From an uncultured Prevotellaceae bacterium (GTDB lineage: Bacteria; Bacteroidota; Bacteroidia; Bacteroidales; Bacteroidaceae): a DNA stretch of 64,000 nucleotides. The stretch spans positions 9,568 to 73,567 of the forward strand of contig CACYPF010000007.1 of assembly GCA_902776195.1 (NCBI GenBank). Reading direction: 5' to 3'. Made by a program: the position numbers and the translations under genes. This document shows, in pieces, positions 1 to 10,725 of the stretch (position 1 is the stretch's first letter; each line of letters opens with the position of its first letter). Below the pieces are notes generated by a model. It saw only the letters and a program-made list of their open reading frames with translations. It was not told where the DNA came from and searched no databases.

Positions 1-1
1 A

Positions 2-253
2 GATCAGGTCATGATGCAGCGGAACTACAAAATTTCAGGAGATTCGGAAGAGGGTGTTTATAATTCTATTGAAAAGAATATTGATACAATAACTTTAGCA
101 GTAAAGGAGATTAATCCTGAATTTAGAAATTCCACCCGTGTACATAGAGAGGCTGTATTAGCGCTTGACGCAGAATTAGCCTCAAGTAGATGGAAAAAAG
201 CAACAAAGGAGTTCGCAAATTTCGCTTTTTCTCTATTTAAGGGTGCATTGTAA
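2..253 (+). CDS. 3' end of a 5'-partial gene of the polysaccharide locus, product unknown
   Basis: Frame is open from position 2 (GAT CAG GTC ATG...) to TAA at 253; no diagnostic motif in the fragment. Confidence 0.5.
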   Translation, partial: DQVMMQRNYKISGDSEEGVYNSIEKNIDTITLAVKEINPEFRNSTRVHREAVLALDAELASSRWKKATKEFANFAFSLFKGAL

Positions 254-425
254 TATTTATTATTTCCAAAGTAAAAAGATAAGTGAGTTGTCCCAATCGA
301 TAAGGAGTATAATATGGGCATAAAGCGGATTTTTAATTTTATCTGGTCTGATAGTGGTAACAGGAAGTTCACATTATCGAGTGAAGATGACGCAACATTT
401 GTCTTATCATATATACAATAAATAG

Positions 426-1709
426 ATGTTATTATTTTTTTCAAATATAAAAGATTTGATTCGAAATAATATTAAGATTGTCCAAAATACTGGATACCTT
501 ACGATTATTGAATGCATTCGTCTAATCCTTCCATTTGTAGCTCTTCCATATATTGTTCATACGATAGGCATGGAGCGATATGGAATGGTTGCATTCGCAC
601 ATACGGTGATAAACTATTTTAATATTTTCATCAATTTTGGTCTTAATATTTATTCTGTAAAAGAGGTCGCTTTATTGAAAGAGAATAAACAAGAACTTGA
701 TGTTTTCGTTACTTCAGTCCTTGTTATAAAGTTAATGCTCCTTTTATTGTCTTTTGTCATCCTGATTTCTTGTATAGTGTTTATACCAATTATGGCCGAA
801 CATAAGGATCTTATGTTGTTTTCATTTCTTGTCTGTTTTTATGAGTTGTTTTTCCCTGTGTGGTATTTTCAAGGAATAGAGAAAATGAAGTATATAACAT
901 TGGTAAGCTCCTCTTCAATATTATTGTATACACTATCTGTTTTTGTTTTTATACACAATCAGACTGATTATATATTTGTCCCTTTATTGCAATCTCTTAG
1001 TAGTGTAATAGCTGGTTTAGTGGCTTTTTATTTTTTGATAAAAAAAGAGGGTGTAAGGATAAGTATTCCACCATTTGGGCGTATTCTTATGGTTTTTAAA
1101 AATGCTATACCATTCTTCTTCTCTAGAGTATCTGTAGTGTTTAACGCAAATTTTGCGAAATTGATCAGTGGATTATTTTTATCTATGGAGAGTGTCGCAG
1201 CATTTGATATTGCGCAAAAGATTTCTCAGTTTGTTTTAATTCCGGTAGAAATGTTTAACCAAGCCACCTATCCTCATATTGCCCGGACCAGGAATAAGCT
1301 ATTTGTAACAAAATACCTGTTTTTTAGTGCAATGTTAGGACTTATGTTAAGTATAGTTTTGTTCTTTATTGCACCATTACTTATTAATTTTTTTACTAAT
1401 GAAAATGTTAATGAGGCAACCACAATTCTTCGAGTGCTTTGTCTCTACACTTTTTCGGACACGATAACGATAGGTTTAGGTGCTTGCACTTTAATCGCAT
1501 TTGGTTTCCCAAAACCATTTAATGAAAGTGTGATTTGTTCAACCTTCTTTCTTTCTTTCATATATTTACTTATATATATCTTTGAACTATTCAATACAAC
1601 AAGTTTTGCTTTTGCATTATTCTTGACAAGTCTTTTTGTTTTGTTATATCGTTTGTATTTCTGTATTAAGAATGATATTCTTCAATTTGGAATTAAAATA
1701 ACGTTATGA
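426..1709 (+). CDS. wzx: Wzx/RfbX O-unit flippase
   Basis: 427 aa, many hydrophobic segments; N-terminal N..YL...LPF...PY..H.IG.E.YG..AF pattern typical of Wzx flippases. Confidence 0.9.
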   Translation: MLLFFSNIKDLIRNNIKIVQNTGYLTIIECIRLILPFVALPYIVHTIGMERYGMVAFAHTVINYFNIFINFGLNIYSVKEVALLKENKQELDVFVTSVLVIKLMLLLLSFVILISCIVFIPIMAEHKDLMLFSFLVCFYELFFPVWYFQGIEKMKYITLVSSSSILLYTLSVFVFIHNQTDYIFVPLLQSLSSVIAGLVAFYFLIKKEGVRISIPPFGRILMVFKNAIPFFFSRVSVVFNANFAKLISGLFLSMESVAAFDIAQKISQFVLIPVEMFNQATYPHIARTRNKLFVTKYLFFSAMLGLMLSIVLFFIAPLLINFFTNENVNEATTILRVLCLYTFSDTITIGLGACTLIAFGFPKPFNESVICSTFFLSFIYLLIYIFELFNTTSFAFALFLTSLFVLLYRLYFCIKNDILQFGIKITL

Positions 1710-2890
1710 TATACTTTATAGTACTATTTTTACTTCTGATATTAACTGTCCGTTATGATATTAACGGAAAGGAGAAATATCGTGATCAGTGGTATAATGC
1801 TGTACTGATTATTTTAATATTGATTGCAGGACTTCGATTTCGATTGGGGGAAGATACGATAAATTATTTGTACATGTTTTATCATGAAACTCCAGACCTT
1901 CTCGATTTTGATGTAGATATAATTTTATCTGGAAAACAGCCACCATTATGGTTTCTTTTAAATTCTATCGTGAAAACCTTTGGGGGTAGATTTTTTATAA
2001 TTCAGTTAATTCATGCTGCGATTTTGAATACTTTGATGCTGAAATATTTTAAGAAGCATAGTATATATCCTTTTGCATGCACTACGTTATATTTCCTATG
2101 GAGATATCAGTGGTTTAGTATGGTAATTATGAAAGCTTCAATCGCTCTTTCCATAATATTATTTGCAAATGATTATTTTTTAGAAAAAAAATATGTTAAA
2201 GGTTTTATTTTAGTTCTATTGGCTACTGGATTTCATCAATCGTCATTATTGTTTATGATAGTTCCTTTTTTGACTTTTCTTAGGTTTAATAGAGTTGGGA
2301 TAGTTTTGCTTATTGCTTCATATTTCATGGGTGTTTTTATACAGAGCAAGTTAGGTGATGTTTTCACTTTGTTTGAAATAGCTGATGGCGTGTCAAACAA
2401 ACTTGATGCTTATATGGATGGTGGCTATATGGCTCAGCATGCTAATATTAAGTATTTTATTGTTAATGTTTTCCCAATCATTTTTTACTCTATTTTATCT
2501 ATAGCCTTTTTAAAACGTAATTGTAAGAATGCGCATATATTAAGTTTGGAACCGTTTCTTATGATTACTTTATTGTTTCAAATGATGCAGTTCAATATAA
2601 ATATGATGTATAGATATATATATGCATTTACTCCCTATTTTATTCTTTTTTTTGTTCATTTTTTAATGGAATATTCAAAGAATAGTAAGATATTGGAAAA
2701 ATCTTTGTCATATGTAAGGTCTGTAACGATTTTATTTCCTCTATTTGTGTCTATTGCATATGCGTGGCCATTAATACAGCCTAACTTTTATCCATATTCG
2801 ACGGTAATTGAAAGGAGTATAGATGATAATAGGGAAAGGTATTATATGGGATTTCTATTTTATTATAATTTGGATGTTAATGAATATTGA
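1706..2890 (+). CDS. wzy: EpsG-family Wzy polymerase
   Basis: Polytopic membrane protein with AGLRFRLGEDTINY and ATGFHQSS motifs; ATGA overlap with wzx. Confidence 0.8.
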   Translation: MIYFIVLFLLLILTVRYDINGKEKYRDQWYNAVLIILILIAGLRFRLGEDTINYLYMFYHETPDLLDFDVDIILSGKQPPLWFLLNSIVKTFGGRFFIIQLIHAAILNTLMLKYFKKHSIYPFACTTLYFLWRYQWFSMVIMKASIALSIILFANDYFLEKKYVKGFILVLLATGFHQSSLLFMIVPFLTFLRFNRVGIVLLIASYFMGVFIQSKLGDVFTLFEIADGVSNKLDAYMDGGYMAQHANIKYFIVNVFPIIFYSILSIAFLKRNCKNAHILSLEPFLMITLLFQMMQFNINMMYRYIYAFTPYFILFFVHFLMEYSKNSKILEKSLSYVRSVTILFPLFVSIAYAWPLIQPNFYPYSTVIERSIDDNRERYYMGFLFYYNLDVNEY

Positions 2891-2932
2891 TTTTATTTGA
2901 AAATTAATTTTGTTAATTGGTAATTTGTACAA

Positions 2933-3652
2933 ATGAATATAGCAGTTGTTTTTGCAGGAGGTTCTGGGAGACGCATGCATACTAAGTCGCGTCCTAAACA
3001 GTTCTTGGAGTATCAGGGGAAGCCAATTATTATTTACACATTGGAATTGTTTGATAATCATCCAATGATTGATGGGATAGTGGTGGCGTGTGTGGAGGAA
3101 TGGATACCATTCTTAGAAAAGATGCTTAAAAAGTTTGAGATCACCAAAGTAAAAAAGATAATCCCAGGAGGGAAAACAGGACAGGACTCTATCTTCAAAG
3201 GTCTGGTGGTTGCTGAGGAAATTGCAAATGGGCAGGATGATATTGTGTTGATCCACGATGGGGTGCGTCCGCTGATAACAGAGCAGACTATTACGGACAA
3301 TATTGAGATGGTACGTAAGGAGGGTAGTTGTATTACCTGTGTCCCTGCTACAGAGACTTTTATCGTTACGCAATCTGATGGAAGTTTGGAAATACCAACT
3401 CGTGCAGATTCTCTGATTGCGCGTGCTCCTCAGAGTTTTTATTTAAGGGATATACTCTCTGCTCATCGGCAAGCGAGGAAAGAGGATAAACATGATTTTA
3501 TTGATAGTTGTTCTATGATGCACTATTATGGGCATAAGTTAGGTAGGATAATTGGTCCTATGGAGAATATTAAGATTACGACTCCTACTGACTACTTTGT
3601 TTTCAAGGCAATGGTTGAGGTACACGAGAATCAACAAATTTTTGGTTTCTGA
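2933..3652 (+). CDS. IspD/TarI-family alditol-phosphate cytidylyltransferase
   Basis: AGGSGRRM..PKQFL, IHDGVRP and NIKITTPTD motifs; location in a polysaccharide locus favours a TarI-like role over MEP-pathway IspD. Confidence 0.9.
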   Translation: MNIAVVFAGGSGRRMHTKSRPKQFLEYQGKPIIIYTLELFDNHPMIDGIVVACVEEWIPFLEKMLKKFEITKVKKIIPGGKTGQDSIFKGLVVAEEIANGQDDIVLIHDGVRPLITEQTITDNIEMVRKEGSCITCVPATETFIVTQSDGSLEIPTRADSLIARAPQSFYLRDILSAHRQARKEDKHDFIDSCSMMHYYGHKLGRIIGPMENIKITTPTDYFVFKAMVEVHENQQIFGF

Positions 3653-4686
3653 TGAATAAGCAGATCTTAATAGATGATGTAAATGCTTTCGCAGAGATTT
3701 TTGAATTCAGTGAATCGCTACGTAACAAGACATTCTTGATAACGGGAGCTACGGGTCTTATAGGCTCAGTGATGGTCAAATGTCTATTAGCACTCAATAG
3801 GAAATGGGTGCTCGGAATAAAAGTTATTGCTGTTGTAAGGGACTTAGATAAGGCAAAGACGGTATTCGCAGATGAATTCGCGGAGATAGAATTTAGGAAA
3901 CTTAATCTAAATGATATTACACTTTCGGTTATTGGTGCTGATGTGGATTATATAGTTCATCTTGCAAGCCCAACAGCATCAAAATATTTTGTAGAACATC
4001 CTGTGGAGACCCTTCGTACAGCTCTTGAAGGCACTACTGCTGTTTTGGAATATGCCAAGAATGCAGATATAATGGGTATGGTCTATGCATCATCACTTGA
4101 AGTCTACGGCAGCAACGATACTGATGAATGGCTGGATGAGAATTTTCAGGGATATGTGAATCCTGTTGAAGCAAGAAGTTCTTATAATATGGGAAAAAGA
4201 GCCTCAGAGTGTCTATGTCATGCATACGCAGAGGAATATGGAGTACCTGTTATGATGGCACGTTTTACACAGGTCTTTGGTGCAGGCATATCTGAATCGG
4301 AGAATAGAGTTTTTGCCCAGTTTGCAAGAAGTGTTATTCAAGGAAGTGACATTGAAATTCATACAGAAGGGTTATCTGCTAAGCCATATTGCTATACGAC
4401 AGATGCCGTTTCTGCTGTTTTATATATGCTTTTAAAGGGGCAAAAAGGAGAAGCATATAATGTGGCTAATAAAGATTCGTATATCTCTATCCGTGATATG
4501 GCAAATATGTTAAGGGATTATTTAAACTCAAATATTTCTGTTGCAATATGTCCCAAAGAGGATCAAGGTTATGCACCTCAGACAAAATTAAAGTTAAACA
4601 CAAAAAAGATTGAGGCATTAGGGTGGCAACCCCATTGTAGTCTGCATCAAATGTTTTTACGCCTCGTTCTATATATGAAAGACTAA
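3652..4686 (+). CDS. NAD-dependent epimerase/dehydratase/reductase (extended SDR), partner of the IspD-like enzyme
   Basis: TGATGLIG Rossmann motif, YNMGK (YxxxK); TGATG coupling to the upstream gene. Confidence 0.85.
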   Translation: MNKQILIDDVNAFAEIFEFSESLRNKTFLITGATGLIGSVMVKCLLALNRKWVLGIKVIAVVRDLDKAKTVFADEFAEIEFRKLNLNDITLSVIGADVDYIVHLASPTASKYFVEHPVETLRTALEGTTAVLEYAKNADIMGMVYASSLEVYGSNDTDEWLDENFQGYVNPVEARSSYNMGKRASECLCHAYAEEYGVPVMMARFTQVFGAGISESENRVFAQFARSVIQGSDIEIHTEGLSAKPYCYTTDAVSAVLYMLLKGQKGEAYNVANKDSYISIRDMANMLRDYLNSNISVAICPKEDQGYAPQTKLKLNTKKIEALGWQPHCSLHQMFLRLVLYMKD

Positions 4687-4706
4687 ATTTAAATAAATGT
4701 TGATAT

Positions 4707-5534
4707 ATGAGATCGATGACATTAGAGGATGTACACCATGTTTTATATGAAATCTTGGTTGATGTCCATGAGTTTTGTGTACAAAACGATATAAAGTATT
4801 CTTTAGGTGGTGGTACACTATTAGGTTCTATACGGCACAATGGTTTTATACCTTGGGATGATGATATTGACATTCAGATGTCACGTCCAGAGTATGAACG
4901 ATTTATACATAGTTATAAGTCTCGACGAGGATACAAGTTGTTTTCAAGAGAAATAAGAGGTTGTGAGGATGTTGGTGTAGCGTTTGCGAGAGTTTGTGAA
5001 ATGGAACGTACTTTCGTGAATACAGGATTGACTCCATGGCAAAAAGGTGTGACTGGAGTATGGATTGATATTATGCCAATTGACGGTGCTCCTGATGACG
5101 AGCAATTAGCAAGAAGGAAAATAAAGAAGATGATTTTTTGGTGGCATTTGACATCAATATCTCGTGCAAGGCTTCCTATACCATTGTCTTCTGCAAAAAA
5201 CTTTAAAATGAAAGTTGTCCTTATTGTCAAGAAATGTTTGTCTATACTAATTCCTTCAAATATCATTGATAGGTATATTAAAATGTGCCAAGAGTATCCA
5301 TTTGAATCGAGTTCTTATCTTGCCAATTATACAACAATGCAAAATGGTTTTAGAGAATGGCAGCCTAAGAAATCAATGGATAAAATGGTTCTTCACAAGT
5401 TTGAGGATGGCTATTTTTATATAATGGAGGACTATAAAATTAGTTTATCGAGTTTATATGGAGATTTTATGAAATTACCACCAGTCGAGAAAAGAGTTTC
5501 TCGTGATGTGAATTGCTTTTTTTGGAAATCTTAA
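4707..5534 (+). CDS. licD: LicD-family CDP-alcohol phosphotransferase
   Basis: GGTLLGSIRHNGFIPWDDDIDI and WIDIMPID motifs; C-terminal LYGDFMKLPPVEKR. Confidence 0.92.
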   Translation: MRSMTLEDVHHVLYEILVDVHEFCVQNDIKYSLGGGTLLGSIRHNGFIPWDDDIDIQMSRPEYERFIHSYKSRRGYKLFSREIRGCEDVGVAFARVCEMERTFVNTGLTPWQKGVTGVWIDIMPIDGAPDDEQLARRKIKKMIFWWHLTSISRARLPIPLSSAKNFKMKVVLIVKKCLSILIPSNIIDRYIKMCQEYPFESSSYLANYTTMQNGFREWQPKKSMDKMVLHKFEDGYFYIMEDYKISLSSLYGDFMKLPPVEKRVSRDVNCFFWKS

Positions 5535-5548
5535 ATAATTGAATAATT

Positions 5549-6622
5549 ATGTTAAATTTTACGGTAGGACCTGTTATGTCAAGTGAGTCAGTTAGGGCTA
5601 TTGGTGCAGAACAGGTTCCATATTTCAGAACTGCAGAATTCTCAGAGCTGATGTTTGAGAATGAAGCGTTGATGAAAAAATTCGCTAAGGCATCAGATGA
5701 TTCGCGTGTGGTATTTATTACTGGTTCAAGTTCTGCTGGTATGGAAACTGCCATTATGAATACGTTAACTCCTAACGATAAAGCGATAGTTGTTAATGGT
5801 GGCAGTTTTGGACAAAGATTTGTCGAACTTCTCCAACTTCACGAAATACCATTTACTGAGATTAAGTTAGAGCCTGGAAAAGCATTGAAGCCTGAGCATC
5901 TGGCAGGATTGGATGGACAAGGTTATACAACATTCCTTGTCAATAAGCATGAAACATCCACAGGTGTTCACTATGATATTGATATGATTAGTGACTTCTG
6001 CAAACGCAATGACTTGTTCCTGATAGTTGACAGTGTTAGTACATTCCTTACAGACCCGTTTGACATGAAGAAACTGGGAGTCGACATCATGATTACTGGC
6101 TCGCAGAAAGCTTTGGCATGCCCTCCAGGTATATCTGTCCTTGTTCTTTCGCCTCGTGCATTGGCAAGAGTGGAATCAACAAAATGTAAATGTCAGTATC
6201 TTGACTTGCAAATAGCACTGAAGAATGCAGAACGTGGTCAGACCCCATGGACACCTGCTGTGGGTATATTGCGTCAAATCAATGTGCGATTGAAAGAGAT
6301 TGATGCCAATGGTGGCGTGGAGGCTGAAATCGCCCGTACGGCAGAGTTGGCAAATTATTTCCGTGAGCAGATTAAAGACTTACCTTTTGAGATTATTTCG
6401 GAGTCTCTGTCAAATGCAGTAACTCCTTTACATCCGACAACAGCATCTGCATACGATATATTCCTGAAAATAAAGGATGAGTATGGAATGTGGATATGTC
6501 CGAATGGAGGAAACATGAAAGATACCGTATTTAGGGTAGGTCATATTGGTGCTTTGACAAAAGCAGATTATGACAAACTTATAGCTGCTTTCAAGGACTT
6601 GCAATCAAAAGGTATTATCTAA
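5549..6622 (+). CDS. Class-V PLP-dependent aminotransferase (alanine-glyoxylate/AEP-transaminase-like)
   Basis: [28 protein letters not shown] (PLP Lys) and FRVGHIG motifs. Confidence 0.88.
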   Translation: MLNFTVGPVMSSESVRAIGAEQVPYFRTAEFSELMFENEALMKKFAKASDDSRVVFITGSSSAGMETAIMNTLTPNDKAIVVNGGSFGQRFVELLQLHEIPFTEIKLEPGKALKPEHLAGLDGQGYTTFLVNKHETSTGVHYDIDMISDFCKRNDLFLIVDSVSTFLTDPFDMKKLGVDIMITGSQKALACPPGISVLVLSPRALARVESTKCKCQYLDLQIALKNAERGQTPWTPAVGILRQINVRLKEIDANGGVEAEIARTAELANYFREQIKDLPFEIISESLSNAVTPLHPTTASAYDIFLKIKDEYGMWICPNGGNMKDTVFRVGHIGALTKADYDKLIAAFKDLQSKGII

Positions 6623-7957
6623 TTGATGAAAAAGGTTATTACATACGGAACTTACGACTTGCTTCATTATGGACATATCCGTCTGTTGGAGCGTGCCAAG
6701 GCATTAGGCGATTATTTGATTGTTGGCGTAACTGCTGATGGCTTTGATATGGCACGTGGCAAAATCAATGTTCAGCAGTCTTTGATGGAGCGTATGGAGG
6801 CTGTTAAGGCAACAGGTATAGCAGACGAAGTTATAGTCGAAGAGTATGAAGGTCAGAAAATTGATGATATCCTGCGATATGGAGTTGATATTTTTGCTAT
6901 TGGCTCTGATTGGGAAGGAAAGTTTGATTATCTCAATGAGTATTGCAAGGTTGTTTATTTAGAGCGGACGGCAGGTGTTTCCAGTACTGAACTTAGATCA
7001 AAAGAACAACCAATAAAAATAGGTGTCGTTGGCGATGAGAATGAATTGACCTTAATGGATAAGTTTGTTCTGGAATGCCATTTCGTCAATGGAATATCTG
7101 TTGAAGGCGTATGTTATCCTGACAAAGAGCAATTGCCAGAGAGATTGCGGCATTTGCCCGTAGTTACTACGGATTTTGCAACGTTGATTGGCCTGGTTGA
7201 TGCTGTTTATATCATTTCAAACATAAATGAGCACTTCAACCAAATCAGATATGCGCTTAATCATGGTGTTCATGTCTTATGCGAGTCCCCTTTGACTAAG
7301 AGCGTAGAGGAGTGGAAAGAGGTCACAGAGCTGGCAAAGGAAAAGCATCTAGTTTTAATGGATGCCATTCGTACAGCCTATTCAACGGCATATTATCGGA
7401 TGCTCTTATTGGTGAAGAGTGGTAGAATAGGGGATGTGGTCTCGGTGGATGCTTCATGTAGCAGTCTAAAGGAGAAAACAAAAACCTCAATCGGTAGTTT
7501 CTTCTCTTGGGGTCCGAATGCATTGTTGCCTATATTTCAGATATTAGGGACAGATTATACTAATAAGCAAATTATCAGTTTGTTTGAAGATGGTAGTCAG
7601 CATTATGATGCATTTACGAAGGTGACATTTGTCTATCCTAAGGCAGTCGCTTCTATTAAGGTAGGCAAGGGCGTGAAAACAGAGGGCGAGTTGGTTATAT
7701 CTGGTACGACGGGTTACGTCTATGTGCCAGCACCTTGGTGGAAGACTGATTATTTCGAGATACGTAGGGAAGATCCAACGCAGAATAAAAGATATTTTTA
7801 TCAATTGGATGGAGAGGGTATTAGATATGAACTCGTTTCTTTTTTAAAAGAAATTCGTAATATAAAAGGAATTTCATATATTCAGCAGGGAATTTCCAAA
7901 GCAATAGTTAACGTCATTGAAGATTATTACAAAAGAAATAATATAATTTGTTTATAA
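6623..7957 (+). CDS. TagD-like cytidylyltransferase fused to a Gfo/Idh/MocA oxidoreductase
   Basis: N-terminal ITYGTYDLLHYGH (HxGH) and RTAGVSSTELR; C-terminal domain with HVLCESP (CEKP-like) motif. Confidence 0.88.
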   Translation: MMKKVITYGTYDLLHYGHIRLLERAKALGDYLIVGVTADGFDMARGKINVQQSLMERMEAVKATGIADEVIVEEYEGQKIDDILRYGVDIFAIGSDWEGKFDYLNEYCKVVYLERTAGVSSTELRSKEQPIKIGVVGDENELTLMDKFVLECHFVNGISVEGVCYPDKEQLPERLRHLPVVTTDFATLIGLVDAVYIISNINEHFNQIRYALNHGVHVLCESPLTKSVEEWKEVTELAKEKHLVLMDAIRTAYSTAYYRMLLLVKSGRIGDVVSVDASCSSLKEKTKTSIGSFFSWGPNALLPIFQILGTDYTNKQIISLFEDGSQHYDAFTKVTFVYPKAVASIKVGKGVKTEGELVISGTTGYVYVPAPWWKTDYFEIRREDPTQNKRYFYQLDGEGIRYELVSFLKEIRNIKGISYIQQGISKAIVNVIEDYYKRNNIICL

Positions 7958-7959
7958 AA

Positions 7960-9096
7960 ATGGATTTAGTTTATCAAATAAAGAAAAATAAATGGTTTTT
8001 TGGGATTTATTTCTTAATAGTTTCTTGTTTTTTAAAGTTTTTGAAATTATTTGTTAAACCAGATGACCATTTGATACTTTTTGTATCTTATGGTGGACGC
8101 TATTTCAATGATAGTCCAAAATGCATTTATGATGCGATGCTTTCTGACGATAGATTTAAACATTATAAACTCGTATGGGCTTTTGTTCGTCCTGAACAAT
8201 ATTCATTAAAGACTTCTGTGATAAATATTAATTCTTTTTCGTACTTGATAACTGCCTTGAAAGCTAGATGTTGGGTAACGAATTCCGCTATTGAGCGGGG
8301 ACTTGATTTTAAAGGGAAAAATACATTTTATTTATATACAACTCATACTTCCTTTCCGAAGACGATTGAAAAATCCAGTATACCATATCTTTATACAATT
8401 AAACCAAAATATGATTGTGTATGTTCTCAAAGTGAAAAAGAAAGTGAAGTTTTGATTTCATCTGGGCTTGATAAAAGTTGTATTATTTTATCCGGTTATC
8501 CTAAAAATGATATTCTTTGTAATTATTCTGAGTCAAAACGAGTTTCATTAAGAAATAAGTTCGGTTATAATAAAGATAAGATAGTTATATTATATGCACC
8601 AACCTTCCGGGATGAGCATTTTGGGTCAATGAAATCCCCTGTAGACTTTAAGAAATGGGAAAAAATATTAGGTGATAAATATGTAGTCCTGTTTCGGGCA
8701 CATCCTGTCGTCGCCAATGAAACTGTAATAGATTCATCAACAGGGTTCGTGTATGACGTTAGCGATTATCCGAACAATATAGATTTGATGATTGTTTCTG
8801 ATATTCTGATTTCTGATTATTCGGGTATTTTTTTTGAATATGCTGTACAAAGAAAACCAATGTTCTGCTATGCATATGATTTTGAGGAGTATATAAAGAA
8901 TAGGGAGTTAAATTGTAATGTGCGAGAAGTCCTGCCAGGAGGATATATGGATGAAAATGAATTATTGCAAACAATAAAAGAAGGACAATTCGAGAAATAT
9001 CAGGTTCTTTGGGAGAATTTCAGAAAGGATTATGTTTCGGAATATGGACATGCTACGGAAATTTGTTTAAATAAAATATATGATGAGATTAACTGA
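7960..9096 (+). CDS. TagF/TagB-family CDP-glycerol:glycerophosphotransferase-like protein
   Basis: DSPKCIY, GYPKND, ILYAPTFRD, RAHP and LISDYSGIFFEYA motifs; ATG 7960 preferred over TTG 7948. Confidence 0.88.
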   Translation: MDLVYQIKKNKWFFGIYFLIVSCFLKFLKLFVKPDDHLILFVSYGGRYFNDSPKCIYDAMLSDDRFKHYKLVWAFVRPEQYSLKTSVININSFSYLITALKARCWVTNSAIERGLDFKGKNTFYLYTTHTSFPKTIEKSSIPYLYTIKPKYDCVCSQSEKESEVLISSGLDKSCIILSGYPKNDILCNYSESKRVSLRNKFGYNKDKIVILYAPTFRDEHFGSMKSPVDFKKWEKILGDKYVVLFRAHPVVANETVIDSSTGFVYDVSDYPNNIDLMIVSDILISDYSGIFFEYAVQRKPMFCYAYDFEEYIKNRELNCNVREVLPGGYMDENELLQTIKEGQFEKYQVLWENFRKDYVSEYGHATEICLNKIYDEIN

Positions 9097-9306
9097 TGTT
9101 TGGCGGGCGGTGTTTTATATGTAATATGAAATGCTAATTGAGGTGTCCTTATTGGTGGCAATGCGATGATCGGGGCTGGTGCAAAAATACTGCCAGGTGT
9201 TATTATTGGTAATAATATTAAAATTGGTGCAAATGCTGTTGTTGTTGAAAATATACCGGACAATGTGACGGTAGTTCTTCCAAAGTCTCGTGTTATTATA
9301 AAATGA
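9096..9306 (+). pseudogene. Internally deleted/frameshifted CysE-like hexapeptide-repeat acetyltransferase
   Basis: ATG 9096 overlaps the tagF stop and reads MFGGRCFICNMKC*; 9142-9306 reads [54 protein letters not shown] with an in-frame TGA just upstream at 9139; the stop overlaps the next ATG. Confidence 0.75.
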
Positions 9307-10718
9307 TTTACAACTCTTTTTTGTTTTTAGTCTGCTTTCCTCTGATATTTCTGTTATATTATTTTATTCCAGCTAAGTATCAGAAAGGGAGGAATATGTT
9401 CTTATTGGTAGTAAGTTATATTCTTTATCTTAATTGGAAACCTATCTATGTTTTAATTCTGCTTGGAGTTACGTTGACAACTTATTTATCGGCATTGCAG
9501 ATAGAGCGTAAGAGAATGAATGCAAGGTGGATTATGATTGTTGGCGTGATGTTGGGACTGTTGCCATTGTTCTTTTTCAAGTATTTCATATTCATCAATG
9601 AACAAGTGTATGAGTTGCTTTCATTGGTTGGATTGAGATATGAGTTACAGGGTTTGAACTGGGCGGTTCCAGTTGGGATTTCCTTTTTCACATTTCAGTC
9701 TATAGGATATGTCTGGGATGTGTATTATAAGAAAATGAGAGCTGAACAGGATTTCCTAACATACGCACTTTTTATCTCTTTTTTCCCATCTATACTTTCT
9801 GGACCAATTAACAAGGCTTCACTGGTAATTCCACAATTGAAAAAGCTCAGACCTTATTTTGATTACGCAAAAGCAGTTGAAGGTTTACGGATGATTTTAT
9901 GGGGTATGTTTATGAAAGTGGTAGTTGCAGATAGAATGGGATTGTATGTTGATACTGTATTGCCTAATTATATGAACTATACAGGTGTGACATGTTTTGC
10001 TGCCAGTTTATTCTACTCAATTCAGATCTATGGAGATTTCGCGGGCTATTCGCTAATGGCAATTGGGGTTGGTAAAATGCTAGGCTTTGAGTTAACAGAG
10101 AATTTTCGAAGACCTTATTTTGCTGTAAGTGTGACAGATTTCTGGCGTAGGTGGCATATATCACTTTCAACATGGCTTAAAGATTATATTTATATCCCAT
10201 TGGGTGGCAGTAGATGCTCAAAGCTGCGTAATTACTGGAATATATTAGTAACGTTTTTAGTAAGTGGTATTTGGCATGGCGCAAATTGGACGTTTGTTGT
10301 TTGGGGCTTATGTCATGGCTTATTTCAAATTGTAGAGAAATTGTTGGGTCAACAGAATTGTAAATATGACTGGTTAGGTAAAAGCATCAAGATTGTTATT
10401 ACATTCTTGTTAATAAATTTTGCGTGGATTTTTTTCAGAATGCCAACTTTGACTGATGCATTTAGTTTGATAAAAAGAATTTTTGATATTTCTCTCCCAA
10501 TGACGTTTTTCTTTGATAGTATAACTACGATGTTTTTTATGATTATAGGACTTGCGATTCTATTATTTAAAGAGGCAATGGAAGAGTTTTTCCCTAATCA
10601 AAAGAAACATCTAACACGTTTTGTCTTGTTAAGATGGGGATGGCAAATTATTGTTCTATCCCTAATTTTGTTGACGGGAGTCTTAGGGTCTGACCAATTT
10701 ATTTATGCAAATTTTTAA
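9303..10718 (+). CDS. MBOAT O-acyltransferase (AlgI/DltB/PatA family)
   Basis: [18 protein letters not shown]-like (FAGYSLMA), [32 protein letters not shown] and [10 protein letters not shown] motifs. Confidence 0.93.
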   Translation: MIYNSFLFLVCFPLIFLLYYFIPAKYQKGRNMFLLVVSYILYLNWKPIYVLILLGVTLTTYLSALQIERKRMNARWIMIVGVMLGLLPLFFFKYFIFINEQVYELLSLVGLRYELQGLNWAVPVGISFFTFQSIGYVWDVYYKKMRAEQDFLTYALFISFFPSILSGPINKASLVIPQLKKLRPYFDYAKAVEGLRMILWGMFMKVVVADRMGLYVDTVLPNYMNYTGVTCFAASLFYSIQIYGDFAGYSLMAIGVGKMLGFELTENFRRPYFAVSVTDFWRRWHISLSTWLKDYIYIPLGGSRCSKLRNYWNILVTFLVSGIWHGANWTFVVWGLCHGLFQIVEKLLGQQNCKYDWLGKSIKIVITFLLINFAWIFFRMPTLTDAFSLIKRIFDISLPMTFFFDSITTMFFMIIGLAILLFKEAMEEFFPNQKKHLTRFVLLRWGWQIIVLSLILLTGVLGSDQFIYANF

Positions 10719-10725
10719 TGTGTGT

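Noticed and set aside
58-444. 128-aa minus-strand ORF
   Set aside because: Overlaps plus-strand genes in an otherwise all-plus operon; no motif
5549-6622. 2-aminoethylphosphonate (phosphonate) pathway
   Set aside because: No PEP mutase or phosphonopyruvate decarboxylase in the window; cannot be excluded upstream
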